From: Limisphaerales bacterium
GTDB taxonomy: Bacteria; Verrucomicrobiota; Verrucomicrobiia; Limisphaerales; JAJOIW01
Direction of reading: 5' to 3'
Assembly (NCBI GenBank): GCA_965657355.1
Contig: CBFHOE010000003.1
Span: 245,520-277,568, forward strand
DNA length: 32,049 nucleotides
Both the position numbers and the translations under genes were made by a program. Under the pieces are notes generated by a model. That model worked only from the letters and a program-made list of their open reading frames with translations. It made no database searches and was not told the origin of the DNA. Below, piece after piece: positions 9,436 to 19,765 of the stretch (position 1 is the first letter of the stretch; each line of letters begins with the position of its first letter).

Positions 9436-12400
9436 ATGAATAAAAGCAAGATCCAACGACAAAAAGGGTTCAGATTCGGTATATGGCTTTTGGCCATTGT
9501 CCAAATTGTGTGTTCATTTTTCCACGTCGAAGGTTCAGTTGTTATTGAAACTCTAGAATCGCCAGTGCCACATTTTGGAGCTCCTAAAAATGGATTTTCT
9601 GTGGTCCCAGTTACTAATGGTTATGGTATAAATTTTGTTAATAAACTGAGCGAAGAGTCTGCAGCAAAAAATCGGGTTTTGATCAATGGAGCTGGATTAT
9701 CTGTTGGTGATTTTAATAATGATGGTTTGCCCGATATCTTTCTTTGCGGTTTGGATAATGAGAATCGTCTCTATCAAAATCTTGGAAACTGGAAGTTTAA
9801 GGAATGGAAAGGAACTGGTGCCACAAGTTTTGCTCTCAAAGGTATATATTCGCGCGGTTCGGTAATGGCGGACGTCAATGCTGATGGTTGGGTAGATATT
9901 CTGGTGTCCACTGTTGGTCAGGGTGTCCGGCTTTTTGTAAACGACAATGGAGATTCATTTATTGAAAAAACCAATGAATGGAACCTTGCTACGACCCACG
10001 GAAGTTCCTCTTTAGCTTTAGCAGATGTAAATCAAGATGGGTTTCTAGATCTTTATGTTGCTAACAACAGAGCTCAGGATATTCGGGATACTGGTCGGTT
10101 AAAGTTGAGAAAGGTAAATGGAAAAATCGAAATTCCCAGACACCTCAAAGATCGAATCTTCTTTGATAAAGGTATTCTCTACGAAAATGGTGAACCTGAC
10201 CAACTTTATATTAATAACAAGGGACGTGGATTCAATCTCATCCCCTGGGATAAAGGGAATTTTTTGGACGAGCAGGGGAAGCCACTGTCATCTCAGCCCC
10301 AGGACTGGGGCCTTTCAGTCATTGCTTCCGACTTTAATGGAGACGGTTTGATGGACTTTTATGTGTGCAATGATTTTTGGAGTCCAGATCGCTTATGGCT
10401 AAATCTTGGGAATACTAAATTTAAGCTCCTTGATACGAATGCCTGGCGGAACTCTTCCGCTAGTTCGATGGGAATTGATCTTGCTGATCTCAATGGGGAT
10501 GGTTACCAAGAATTTTTTGTTTTAGACATGCTGAGTCGAGATCCCGTTATGCGGAAAATGCAAAAGCATGCCCAATCTCCTCTTATACAGAAGCCAAGCC
10601 CTTTAACAACACGCCCGCAATTTTTACGCAATACACTTTATCGCAATCTGCAAGGGAAACAGTTTCAGGAACTGGCCTATTACTCAGGACTTCAAGCGTC
10701 TGATTGGTCCTGGGCTCCCATCTTTCTCGATATTAATCTAGACGGACTCTCCGATTTAATCATCACTGCTGGTCATGCACATGATGTCCAGGATTACGAT
10801 GCATCCAGAGCCGTTCAAAAACTACAAAAGCCCAGACCCGATTCACTTTCAGGTAATGAAATTAAGAAGCTTTATACTGAAGAGATGATACGGCATAACA
10901 GAATGTATCCTGACTTAGATATGCCCTTTATCTCATTTATGAATAAAGGGCACTTCAAGTTTGTTGAAAAAACCGGAGAGTGGACCGCTTCATCAAAATC
11001 AATACGACATGGAATGGCCAAAGCCGATTTCGATCTCGATGGAGATTTGGATCTGGTTATTTCCTGTCTCAACTCAGAAGTCGAACTGCACGAAAATACC
11101 GGGCAAGGAGAGAGAATCGCTGTCAAACTTCAAAGCAATAAGTATAATAGCAACGCCATAGGGGCCACATTGACACTAGAATGGCCCGGACTTGTAAATC
11201 AGTTCCGGGAGATAAGATCGGGTGGGCCCTATTTATCTGGAAACCAGTCTTTAGTCTGTTTTGCTGCTCCAAATTCCACGAGTGGGAAGACTTTGAAAGG
11301 AGAGTTACTTGTCCGCTGGCCTTCCGGTAAAGTTTCGAAACATAATAATATAGAGCCGGGGAATTTGTACCACATCACCGAAGGTAATCTAGATTACGTA
11401 AGTCCCTCTAAAACTGAAGAAGCTGATTCTTTAATGGAAGATTACAGTGATCTAATATCCAGGCATGTCGTTCCAGAATCTGACTTTAATGATTTTCTAA
11501 ATCAGCCTTTAAAACCATATAGGACGACTCGCAGAGGGCCCGGAATATCATGGGGTGATATTGATGGGGACGGAAACAATGATCTATTTGTAGGGGATAG
11601 TCAGGTTGGTAAGCCTTCAATTTTCTTCAATAAAGGCGGAAAAGGGTTTCGTCAATTTGAAGTTAAAAGGAACAAATTCACAAAAGGCGAACTTGGGGCG
11701 GCTCTGATCATATCTGAACGCAAATCCAATTCTTCTGAGGTTTTGGGTTTGCTGGACCTAAACGAATTGTCAGGGGATGGAAAACTCCTCCAACTAAATT
11801 CAGATGGAAATAATGAATATTCTTTTTCCGATGAAATAGGGGGTGTCTCTTCGGGGTATTTTTCGGCCGTTACTTTCCTGGCAAAATCAAAATCGCTTGG
11901 CTTAGTGACCGGTTCTGGTGAAGGCTCGAAGTTATTCCCAGAATCCACTTCAGCAGCCTTGTATTTGAAGAGGGATAATTTGTGGGAAAAAGAAGATTCC
12001 ATTTCTTCATTGTTACAAAGTCTTGGTTTAGTCAGCAGTGCTATCTGGACTGACATCAATCAAGATGGATTTCAGGATTTGGCTCTGGCATCCCACTGGG
12101 GGAATATCCATGTTCTCATTCAAGACCCAACCAAACCAACACTATTCTTCTCAGATAGATCTTCAGACTACGGAGTAGGCGCTTCCACCAGTGGATTATG
12201 GAATGGTATTGCCAGTGGTGATTTCAATGAAGATGGTTTTCCCGATCTTATCGCCACAAATTGGGGGTTGAATACCGATTATCAGGTTAACCCTAATGAG
12301 CCTCTAACTTTCTTTCATGGGCAAATTTCTCAGCCTGGAGTCATGGATATTATTGAAACGGAATATGACTCAAATGGAGCTAAATTACTTATGCGCCGAC

Positions 12401-13200
12401 ATCTGCCATTTGTGGTCTCATCGCTCCCCTACATTCTTGCCAATGTTCGAACAAGCAAACAATACGCCGAAGCATCGGTAGAAGCACTTCTTGGTAACAG
12501 ATTGAGGCTCGCAAAAAAAACTTCGATTAACCGGCTCGCTACATCAATTTTCCTCAGTAACGAAGGTGAACGATTTGTCGCAAAAGAACTCCCGATGGAT
12601 GCCCAACTTTCCCCCGCATTCGGTATCGGGGTGGCTGATTTTAATGGTGATGGGCATGAAGACATTTTTTTGGCTCAGAATTTTTTTGAAACCAGGATCG
12701 ATCTCGATAGATCTGACGCAGGTCTGGGAGTCATGTTAATCGGGAAAGGGGATGGAAGCTTTGATCCATTGAAACCACACGAATCTGGTATTCTTCTAAA
12801 CGGCCAACAAAGAGCCGTCGCTGTTGCAGATTTCGATTCAGATTTCAGGATGGACCTGGCGGTCTCACAAAGTAATTCCGAGGTTAAATTGTATAGAAAT
12901 TCGAACTCACCGCCAGGATATGCCATTAATTTGGTCGGGACAGACGGAAATGTCTCTGCTCTCGGAACCTCTTACCAAATCATTTTCTCCGATGGAAAAT
13001 TCGGACCATTGCGTGAAATTCACGCAGGGCATGGGGTTCTCTCACAATCGAGTCTCTCTGCCACAATACATCCCCTGAAAGCAGGGGATTTAGAGAGGTG
13101 CTCCATTCGTATCCGATGGCCTGGTGAGAGTAATTGGGTAGTGAAGTCATTCAAATTAAAGGAAAATGACTATCGACATTTCACATTCTCACAAGACTAG
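9436..13200 (+). CDS. Secreted FG-GAP/VCBS repeat protein with two ASPIC/UnbV domains (CRTAC1-like)
   Basis: Many DxNxDGxxD repeats (GDFNNDGLPD, ADVNADGWVD, ADLNGDGYQE, ADFNGDGHED); two ASPIC/UnbV-like blocks (NAIGA...GGPYLSG...VRWPSG; SALGT...GHGVLSQS...IRWPG). Confidence 0.88.
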   Translation: MNKSKIQRQKGFRFGIWLLAIVQIVCSFFHVEGSVVIETLESPVPHFGAPKNGFSVVPVTNGYGINFVNKLSEESAAKNRVLINGAGLSVGDFNNDGLPDIFLCGLDNENRLYQNLGNWKFKEWKGTGATSFALKGIYSRGSVMADVNADGWVDILVSTVGQGVRLFVNDNGDSFIEKTNEWNLATTHGSSSLALADVNQDGFLDLYVANNRAQDIRDTGRLKLRKVNGKIEIPRHLKDRIFFDKGILYENGEPDQLYINNKGRGFNLIPWDKGNFLDEQGKPLSSQPQDWGLSVIASDFNGDGLMDFYVCNDFWSPDRLWLNLGNTKFKLLDTNAWRNSSASSMGIDLADLNGDGYQEFFVLDMLSRDPVMRKMQKHAQSPLIQKPSPLTTRPQFLRNTLYRNLQGKQFQELAYYSGLQASDWSWAPIFLDINLDGLSDLIITAGHAHDVQDYDASRAVQKLQKPRPDSLSGNEIKKLYTEEMIRHNRMYPDLDMPFISFMNKGHFKFVEKTGEWTASSKSIRHGMAKADFDLDGDLDLVISCLNSEVELHENTGQGERIAVKLQSNKYNSNAIGATLTLEWPGLVNQFREIRSGGPYLSGNQSLVCFAAPNSTSGKTLKGELLVRWPSGKVSKHNNIEPGNLYHITEGNLDYVSPSKTEEADSLMEDYSDLISRHVVPESDFNDFLNQPLKPYRTTRRGPGISWGDIDGDGNNDLFVGDSQVGKPSIFFNKGGKGFRQFEVKRNKFTKGELGAALIISERKSNSSEVLGLLDLNELSGDGKLLQLNSDGNNEYSFSDEIGGVSSGYFSAVTFLAKSKSLGLVTGSGEGSKLFPESTSAALYLKRDNLWEKEDSISSLLQSLGLVSSAIWTDINQDGFQDLALASHWGNIHVLIQDPTKPTLFFSDRSSDYGVGASTSGLWNGIASGDFNEDGFPDLIATNWGLNTDYQVNPNEPLTFFHGQISQPGVMDIIETEYDSNGAKLLMRRHLPFVVSSLPYILANVRTSKQYAEASVEALLGNRLRLAKKTSINRLATSIFLSNEGERFVAKELPMDAQLSPAFGIGVADFNGDGHEDIFLAQNFFETRIDLDRSDAGLGVMLIGKGDGSFDPLKPHESGILLNGQQRAVAVADFDSDFRMDLAVSQSNSEVKLYRNSNSPPGYAINLVGTDGNVSALGTSYQIIFSDGKFGPLREIHAGHGVLSQSSLSATIHPLKAGDLERCSIRIRWPGESNWVVKSFKLKENDYRHFTFSQD

Positions 13201-13358
13201 GAAATGCCACTAAAATAAATGCGTCAACCCGATTGAATTGGATTGCCTCGTTATAAGTTTTTTGTAATACTTTTCTTACGTTCAGATTACAATAGATTAA
13301 AAAATTCTCGCCTTCGATCAATTTGGAGGTGTTTATTTTTTATCATTAACTAATAACC

Positions 13359-16300
13359 ATGAAAAAATACATACGAATATTGACCGCATTTGCGGTTATC
13401 GCTTCCATCGCGCAGCGCGTTGATGCTCAAAGCGATATCACCCAGCCCGGTGACTCGATCGTTGCCTCCTCTGATAATTCTCCAGGATCTGAGGGGGTAG
13501 CAAACGTCATCGACAATCAGCCAACGAAGTACCTCAACTTCGACAAGCTAGATACCGGATTCACAGTAAGCCCTTCAATTGGACTCACATTGGTGAGTGG
13601 ATTAAATCTGACTTCAGCTAATGATGCCCCAGAAAGAGATCCAGCATCCTACAGGTTGGAAGGCTCTCTGGATGGAACAAACTTCGATGTTATTTCTGAA
13701 GGTGAGGTTGCTGCTTTTTCAGATCGATTTGAATCTCAGAACGTTGCCTTCGATAATTCAAATTATTACCTTCATTACCGTCTGACTTTCCCAACTGTCG
13801 CAGATGAAGGCGGAGCCAACTCCATGCAGATCTCCGAAGTTGAGATTCTCGGTGTGCAGGGGCCGACAGATGTCACTCAACCAGGAGATGTTTTGATTGC
13901 ATCCTCTGACAATAGTCCGGGTTCAGAAGGTGTCGCTAATGCTATCGACAACCAACCAACGAAGTATCTCAATTTCGACAAAGTAAACACTGGCTTCACT
14001 GTTACTCCAGGTGTTGGTGGAACCATTGTTACTGGATTATCACTTCAGTCAGCCAATGATGCCCCAGAAAGAGATCCAGCATCCTACACTTTAGAAGGTT
14101 CATTTGATGGTAGTTCTTTCTTTGAAATCGCATCAGGTGATATTCCTGCGTTCGATGATCGATTCCAGACAAGATATGTTTTCTTTGAAAATAGCCGTGC
14201 TTTTGCTAGCTACAGGTTGATATTCCCAACCGTTGCGAATGAGGACGGAGCCAACTCCATGCAGATCGCTGAAGTCGAATTCTTGGGCAGAGCTGCTGAA
14301 CTTCCACAGGATGTCACTCAGCCAGGAGACGCCATCATGGCCTCATCGGACAATAGCCCTGGTTCTGAAGGTGTTGCCAATATCATTGATAACCAGCCCA
14401 CCAAATATCTAAACTTCGACAAGTTGGACACTGGCTTCACTGTCACTCCAGGCGTTGGAATCACTTGGGTCACAGGATTGACTATTCAGTCAGCTAATGA
14501 TGCCCCAGAAAGAGACCCTGCAACATACCTCCTTGAAGGTTCAAACGATGGCGGAGTTAACTTCACTGAGATCAGCTCAGGAGATGTTCCTGCTTTTGCA
14601 GAGCGTTTTCAGACCAACACAATTTTGTTTGATAACGGAACACCTTACGTAACTTACAGATTGACGTTCCCAACAGTCGCAGACGAGGCAGGTGCCAACT
14701 CTATGCAGGTTGCTGAGGTTGAACTTCTTGGTGTTTCAGGCCCAGTTGATGTCACTCAGCCAAGTGACACTATCATTGCTTCATCAGACAACAGCCCGGG
14801 TTCTGAAGGCGTTGCTAATTCCATTGATGATCAACCAACGAAGTATCTCAATTTCGATAAGCTGGACACTGGCTTCACTGTCACCCCTCAAATCGGAGAG
14901 ACCACCGTAATAGGTCTTTCACTTCAGTCAGCTAATGATGCCCCAGAAAGAGATCCTGCAACCTACCTCCTTGAAGGTTCAAATGATGGTGGAGTTAGCT
15001 TTACTGAGATCAGTTCAGGAGATGTTCCTGCTTTCACAGATCGCTTCCAGATGCGCTATGTTTTCTTTGCGAACGACAACGCATACGAAACCTACAGGGT
15101 TATCTTCCCTCAGGTCGCTAACGTAGACGGAGCTAACTCAATGCAAATTGCTGAAGTCGAACTTCTCGCCTTCACATCTGGTGGCGCCGACGTTGAAATC
15201 ACCGGCCTTATCAGGCAGCAGCCAACAGATGCCGTTGCCCTCGAAGGCGTCGGAGCTCAACTCGCAGTCGTTCCTGCTGGTCCGTGGAAAGTTCAATGGG
15301 AAGTCAAAGATGCTGAATCCGGAGAATTCTCACCAATAGCAGGCGCAACCAGCCCCGAGTATGTCACGCCAGCACTTAATGCAGACAATTCTGGTGCCGT
15401 CTACAGAGCTAGACTATCTAGCCCTGAGGGTTACGAATTATCTAATGAAGTGACAGCGACTCTCTTTACTCCATCCGACACCCGTTCAATCGCTATTAAC
15501 TGGATGGGAGAGGGAGCTAATGGTGCTCCGACTGAAATGTTCCCTGAGGACGTCACCGGTTTCCATAATCAGGCATACTGGAACAACACCGATCTTTCCA
15601 CTGGTGACTTGTTTGCCATTTGGGATTCCGATCCAGAAGATGGCGAAACACCAGTTGCAGTCGACAGTAACAACGAGGTAGTCGAAGATATTACCATTGA
15701 ATTCCAATCTGCCGGTGAGTGGGGAACAGGTGCTGGTGAAGCAAATGCGACCCAGAGAATGTTGAACGGTCACACAACTCTTCCTCAGAATTCACGACCA
15801 ATCTCACCAACATTGAGAGTTGGTGCTCTACCAAATGGCGAAGAGCACTCCGTAATTCTTTACTTCTTAAACAGACCGCTGGAGTTCTTCGAAGTTAACA
15901 TTGAAGCAACTGTTCTCAACGACAATGGTGAAGAAGTCTCTATTGGTAAGAGATACATTCGCCCTCAGAATGCCGACGAATACAACCCTGCTCCGGGTTG
16001 GATTCTGGTCAGTGCTGAAACTGAAGAAGCGCGAGCAGTTGGCAACATGGTTCGATTCGATGGCATAGATGCCGGCGAATTCAGCGAATTATTCCTATAC
16101 ATCTGGGCTCCAAATGGCGGTAACGTCGGTATGACTGGTATGCAGCTCTTATTGGATACTGTTGCACCTCCACCGGCACCCGGTATCACAGCCCAACCTG
16201 CCTCCTTGAATGGTTTCGTTGGTGGTAGCCGTGTTCTTTCTGTCGAAGTCACAGAAGGTTCTGAAATTCAATGGTATAAGGACGGTCAGCCTATTCCTGG

Positions 16301-17351
16301 TGCAACTGGAGCAGAACTCACGCTTCCAAGCTTGGGCGCTGGTGATGCTGGAGTATATACCGTATCAGCAACTAATGATGGAGGCCGTGTAGTAAGTAAG
16401 CCTGCAGTCGTTGATGTCATCGATGAAAATAATCTTCAGGCTGGCTTGATAAACCACATCAAGTTCGACTCTGAAGGCGGTGACCAAGGGCTAGAGCTAG
16501 TCAATACTGCTGACATAAGTGGTAATGGGGGTATCATTGATGGTGCGCTTGAATTGGACGGTGTTGAAGGATACGCATTCCTTGAGTCTTATGAGCAGCC
16601 TACAGAGAACTTCACATTATCTGTTTGGGCGAAATCTGATATAGGCTTAGATTCCTTCGCATGGGGACCAATCGTGAGAGCATGGTTGCCATCCAGAGCC
16701 ACAGGTGATGAGGGGCAATTCCTTCTCGAAATTCGCGAAGGTTTAGACAGTCAACTCAGCTTGGCTCCTGAAGCCCTCGGTCTTATTGGCGTCGGACCAA
16801 ACGTTCCTTCTGTTGCTTCTGTGCTTTCAGCTGAAGGCGGAGATGACTGGCACCACTACGCATTGAGTGGCAATGGTAAGACTCTTACCCTTTACATTGA
16901 TGGTGTTGCCGCAGGTGCACGAGACTATCTTGGAAATATCAACGAATCATCCTTCGGATGGTTAGCCATAGGTGCAAATCTCGAAGAAACTGATGATGTT
17001 CTAGACCTTAACTTCAACGCCTTACCGTCTGTATGGGAAGGATCCATTGATGACCTAGCTATATTCAGCAGAAGCTTGGACCGTGATGAAATTCAAGCTA
17101 TCGTTGAAGCTGGTTCTGAAGGAATTGCCGTTGATGCCGTTAATTCACCGCTTCCTGATGGATTAGAAATTGAAGTGCCTGAAATCACTGGAGTCTCTGT
17201 CTCAGAAGACGGTCAGTCATTAATCATCGAATATATTGGTGAGCTGTTCTCAGCTCCTAGCCTTGGAGATGATTTCAATGCTGTTGAAGGAGCTTCTTCA
17301 CCATACTCTGTTCCATTCGACGAGGGTGCTAGATTCTTTATTACAAGATAA
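13359..17351 (+). CDS. Large secreted acidic multidomain lectin/adhesin: four discoidin (F5/8 type C, CBM32-like) repeats, Ig-like domains, LamG/ConA-like domain, small C-terminal domain
   Basis: Signal peptide ending VDA-Q; four ~146-aa repeats with TKYLNF and SANDAPERDP; Ig motifs QWYKDGQPIPGAT...DAGVYTV; LamG motifs WHHYAL...LYIDG...GSIDDLAIFSRSL; C-terminus SPYSVPFDEGARFFITR. Confidence 0.85.
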   Translation: MKKYIRILTAFAVIASIAQRVDAQSDITQPGDSIVASSDNSPGSEGVANVIDNQPTKYLNFDKLDTGFTVSPSIGLTLVSGLNLTSANDAPERDPASYRLEGSLDGTNFDVISEGEVAAFSDRFESQNVAFDNSNYYLHYRLTFPTVADEGGANSMQISEVEILGVQGPTDVTQPGDVLIASSDNSPGSEGVANAIDNQPTKYLNFDKVNTGFTVTPGVGGTIVTGLSLQSANDAPERDPASYTLEGSFDGSSFFEIASGDIPAFDDRFQTRYVFFENSRAFASYRLIFPTVANEDGANSMQIAEVEFLGRAAELPQDVTQPGDAIMASSDNSPGSEGVANIIDNQPTKYLNFDKLDTGFTVTPGVGITWVTGLTIQSANDAPERDPATYLLEGSNDGGVNFTEISSGDVPAFAERFQTNTILFDNGTPYVTYRLTFPTVADEAGANSMQVAEVELLGVSGPVDVTQPSDTIIASSDNSPGSEGVANSIDDQPTKYLNFDKLDTGFTVTPQIGETTVIGLSLQSANDAPERDPATYLLEGSNDGGVSFTEISSGDVPAFTDRFQMRYVFFANDNAYETYRVIFPQVANVDGANSMQIAEVELLAFTSGGADVEITGLIRQQPTDAVALEGVGAQLAVVPAGPWKVQWEVKDAESGEFSPIAGATSPEYVTPALNADNSGAVYRARLSSPEGYELSNEVTATLFTPSDTRSIAINWMGEGANGAPTEMFPEDVTGFHNQAYWNNTDLSTGDLFAIWDSDPEDGETPVAVDSNNEVVEDITIEFQSAGEWGTGAGEANATQRMLNGHTTLPQNSRPISPTLRVGALPNGEEHSVILYFLNRPLEFFEVNIEATVLNDNGEEVSIGKRYIRPQNADEYNPAPGWILVSAETEEARAVGNMVRFDGIDAGEFSELFLYIWAPNGGNVGMTGMQLLLDTVAPPPAPGITAQPASLNGFVGGSRVLSVEVTEGSEIQWYKDGQPIPGATGAELTLPSLGAGDAGVYTVSATNDGGRVVSKPAVVDVIDENNLQAGLINHIKFDSEGGDQGLELVNTADISGNGGIIDGALELDGVEGYAFLESYEQPTENFTLSVWAKSDIGLDSFAWGPIVRAWLPSRATGDEGQFLLEIREGLDSQLSLAPEALGLIGVGPNVPSVASVLSAEGGDDWHHYALSGNGKTLTLYIDGVAAGARDYLGNINESSFGWLAIGANLEETDDVLDLNFNALPSVWEGSIDDLAIFSRSLDRDEIQAIVEAGSEGIAVDAVNSPLPDGLEIEVPEITGVSVSEDGQSLIIEYIGELFSAPSLGDDFNAVEGASSPYSVPFDEGARFFITR
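13434..15170 (+). repeat. Four tandem intragenic repeats, units starting at about 13434, 13869, 14310 and 14748 (435-441 bp)
   Basis: Each unit starts D(I/V)TQP; all four share the identical 20-mer AATGATGCCCCAGAAAGAGA. Confidence 0.95.
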
Positions 17352-17380
17352 TCGCATCTCATAGACGTTACATTTATTCG

Positions 17381-17410
17381 AGCCTACCGCTTATTGCGGT
17401 AGGCTTTTTT
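17381..17410 (+). terminator. Intrinsic terminator after the 1330-aa lectin gene
   Basis: Perfect 10-bp stem AGCCTACCGC-TTATT-GCGGTAGGCT followed by a T run. Confidence 0.9.
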
Positions 17411-17512
17411 CATTTCTCTATGAGGAAATTGAGACGGATTGTGTGCGTAACAGCACTCTTGAGAAAACCAAATGTTGTTCCCTCATTCACGACTCGGTAA
17501 CAGAATTCACAA

Positions 17513-19717
17513 TTACATAGCCTGAGTTATAGAATTATATAATTGCCTAAGCCGTGGGATATTGAAACCTTCGGGCATTCGGTCTAAAAGGAATTCTAAA
17601 TCCAAACGAGCAGAAGAAAAATCGCGCGCTTGGATATATTCAAAAGCTCTTTGGAAGCGTGTCTGGTAATCCATTGGCTCCAAGGTCACGAGTAAATCCA
17701 AATATTTTAAATTTTTAGGATTATCTGAAAAGCTCACTAAATTTCGAATCATTCGGATAAAGATATCTTTTGAGCTATATCCTTTATAGTTCATGACCTG
17801 TTTGCTTGAGGACGTGTCGCCAAAAATCAATTCCGCCACCTCTTCTGCGGGGAGGATTCTCCCATTATCAAAAGCGTCTATCCATGCTATGGAGTCGCCA
17901 TCTCTTTCCCAAGCAATCATGAAATGCCCCGGGAAAGCGGCGCCAGATAATCCATCAATAAATAATCTTTGTCCAAGCTCAATAAACAAAACAGAAAGAG
18001 AAATGGGTAATCCCTCCCTATCATCCAAAACTTTACTCAGGTAACTATTGGCGGTATTGCTATAATCACTTCGACTTCCTCGGAAACCATTCTTCTCAAA
18101 TAGGTAATCGATGAGTGTGTTCAGTCGTTGTTCTTGGTCTGCGAAGTCAGGAAGACTAATGAGAATCTCTTCAGCCATTTCATCTAACATCTCGGTATAA
18201 GTTTGTATTTCCAAATCTGGATTCTCATATTTTCCCAAAAGCAAAGCCGCTTTCACAACGCTCTTATCAAAAGATTTCTTTTTTGTTTCAGCCACAATTT
18301 GTTGTAGGACAGAATTGTGGTGAAGTTTCTTTGTCAATGATTCCAAAGCAGACGCTTGCTTTCTTAATTTTTCTAATTCGCTTTTAAGAACAACAGCGGT
18401 TGTCGATGGGTTTTTTTTCACAAGTTCAGAATCCAAAAAATCTTCCTCCCACCCTTTCTCATTCTTTTCCAACGACTTAACAATCTTTTCCCTGAATCGC
18501 TCAGTAGGAAACATCGATGATTCCAGTATACCGAAATTAGTGAACTCCGCGTGTGTCTGGCGAAATTTTGCCAAACCACTAAATCCTTTGACTGGATTTC
18601 GAGTCATATGTTCCACTATTCTTTCACCATTAAGAAACCCTTCAATTTTATCCTGACTGACAAGCACTTTAACATCATTCCATTCACCGAGGTTGTATTT
18701 TGCGGCTGATATTTGTGCAACAATGTCCCACGAAAAAACATCAGGGCCTTTGAAATGAGTTAATCTGATATTTCCTGCTGAAGGATAGAATCCCCAGTGC
18801 TCGCCAGTATCGGAAAAACCAAATACAAGTCCTGCAGCTCCTGACTCGTCGTCAAGTAACACCTTGGCCCTGACTTCGTATGGAAATTTATCGAGAGGTA
18901 GTTGCCTGATGAGTAGAGACCTTCCCCCAAAACTATTTCCTACTCCAGTGACTTTGATACTGCCATGACGTGTTTTCCATGAAGCTCCGAATATATTTTT
19001 CCATAAACGTGGGTTCGGTTCACCCAAACGAACCCAGTTCTTAATCGAAACTGGGTTCGGATTTTCAAGTAATTCACGTACATGCTTTATACTCACAGCG
19101 AAACCAAGATTGTCCGTAACTAGTGATTTTAGAGTGATGACACCATGAACCCGTCCCTGACGATCCACCAATGGCCCTCCGCTATTTCCAGGCTCTATTG
19201 GCATAGCCAATTGATACATTTCAGTTTTATCAAATGTCCGGATTTCACTTACAACCCCCTCAACAACGCTATTTTCTAATCCTTGAGGATTTCCAATTGC
19301 GATAACCGATTGACCTTTCTTGAGCGGTTCGGATCTGCCCCCTAAAATCAATGGTTCGAATGAATTCTCAACTCCCTCAACTTTCAAAATAGCAATATCA
19401 TGGAGCCTGCTCCATGCATGAACTCCGGCTACCTTTATGTTTGGGTTATCTTTAGTTGATACTGTGACAGGGCGTCCTTCGCCGATCACATGTAGGTTTG
19501 TGACAACCAGATTCTTGCTGCTAATGAAGAAACCACTTCCTATACCACTTTCCTCGCCTCGCCGGTCGATCTGTTTAATCGTTACGATTGCATCCTGTGC
19601 GTTTTTTGACAGCTCCGTTGTCGAAGTATCTTGAGTGTAGGAGCTGAGACAAAAAGAGCAGCCTGCAATAAATAAAAAATTTCTAAGCCACGGTTGCCAC
19701 AAATTTGTTTCGTACAT
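17513..19717 (-). CDS. Trypsin-like serine protease fused to a DUF1080-like beta-sandwich, coiled coil, SirB1/transglutaminase-like core and TPR
   Basis: Catalytic triad motifs VTNLHVI, HDIAIL, PGNSGGPL; AGLVFGF...GEWNDVKV beta-sandwich; SirB1-type YLSKVLDDREGLPISLSVLF...FPGHF...IDAFDNG. ATG at 19717 preferred over the TTG at 19756. Confidence 0.82.
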   Translation of the reverse strand: MYETNLWQPWLRNFLFIAGCSFCLSSYTQDTSTTELSKNAQDAIVTIKQIDRRGEESGIGSGFFISSKNLVVTNLHVIGEGRPVTVSTKDNPNIKVAGVHAWSRLHDIAILKVEGVENSFEPLILGGRSEPLKKGQSVIAIGNPQGLENSVVEGVVSEIRTFDKTEMYQLAMPIEPGNSGGPLVDRQGRVHGVITLKSLVTDNLGFAVSIKHVRELLENPNPVSIKNWVRLGEPNPRLWKNIFGASWKTRHGSIKVTGVGNSFGGRSLLIRQLPLDKFPYEVRAKVLLDDESGAAGLVFGFSDTGEHWGFYPSAGNIRLTHFKGPDVFSWDIVAQISAAKYNLGEWNDVKVLVSQDKIEGFLNGERIVEHMTRNPVKGFSGLAKFRQTHAEFTNFGILESSMFPTERFREKIVKSLEKNEKGWEEDFLDSELVKKNPSTTAVVLKSELEKLRKQASALESLTKKLHHNSVLQQIVAETKKKSFDKSVVKAALLLGKYENPDLEIQTYTEMLDEMAEEILISLPDFADQEQRLNTLIDYLFEKNGFRGSRSDYSNTANSYLSKVLDDREGLPISLSVLFIELGQRLFIDGLSGAAFPGHFMIAWERDGDSIAWIDAFDNGRILPAEEVAELIFGDTSSSKQVMNYKGYSSKDIFIRMIRNLVSFSDNPKNLKYLDLLVTLEPMDYQTRFQRAFEYIQARDFSSARLDLEFLLDRMPEGFNIPRLRQLYNSITQAM

Positions 19718-19765
19718 TCCTTTATTCTGAGGCAATTCGGATAACTTTCCACACAAAATAAAAAA

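Noticed and set aside
13319-13331. GGAGGTG Shine-Dalgarno-like sequence in a weak hairpin upstream of the lectin gene
   Set aside because: It is 27 nt from the ATG, too far to act as the ribosome binding site, and no suitably spaced start follows it.
13434-15170. Repeats as a CRISPR array or DGR template/variable pair
   Set aside because: Units are ~440-bp in-frame protein domains with largely synonymous differences; no spacers, cas genes, reverse transcriptase or adenine-specific variation.
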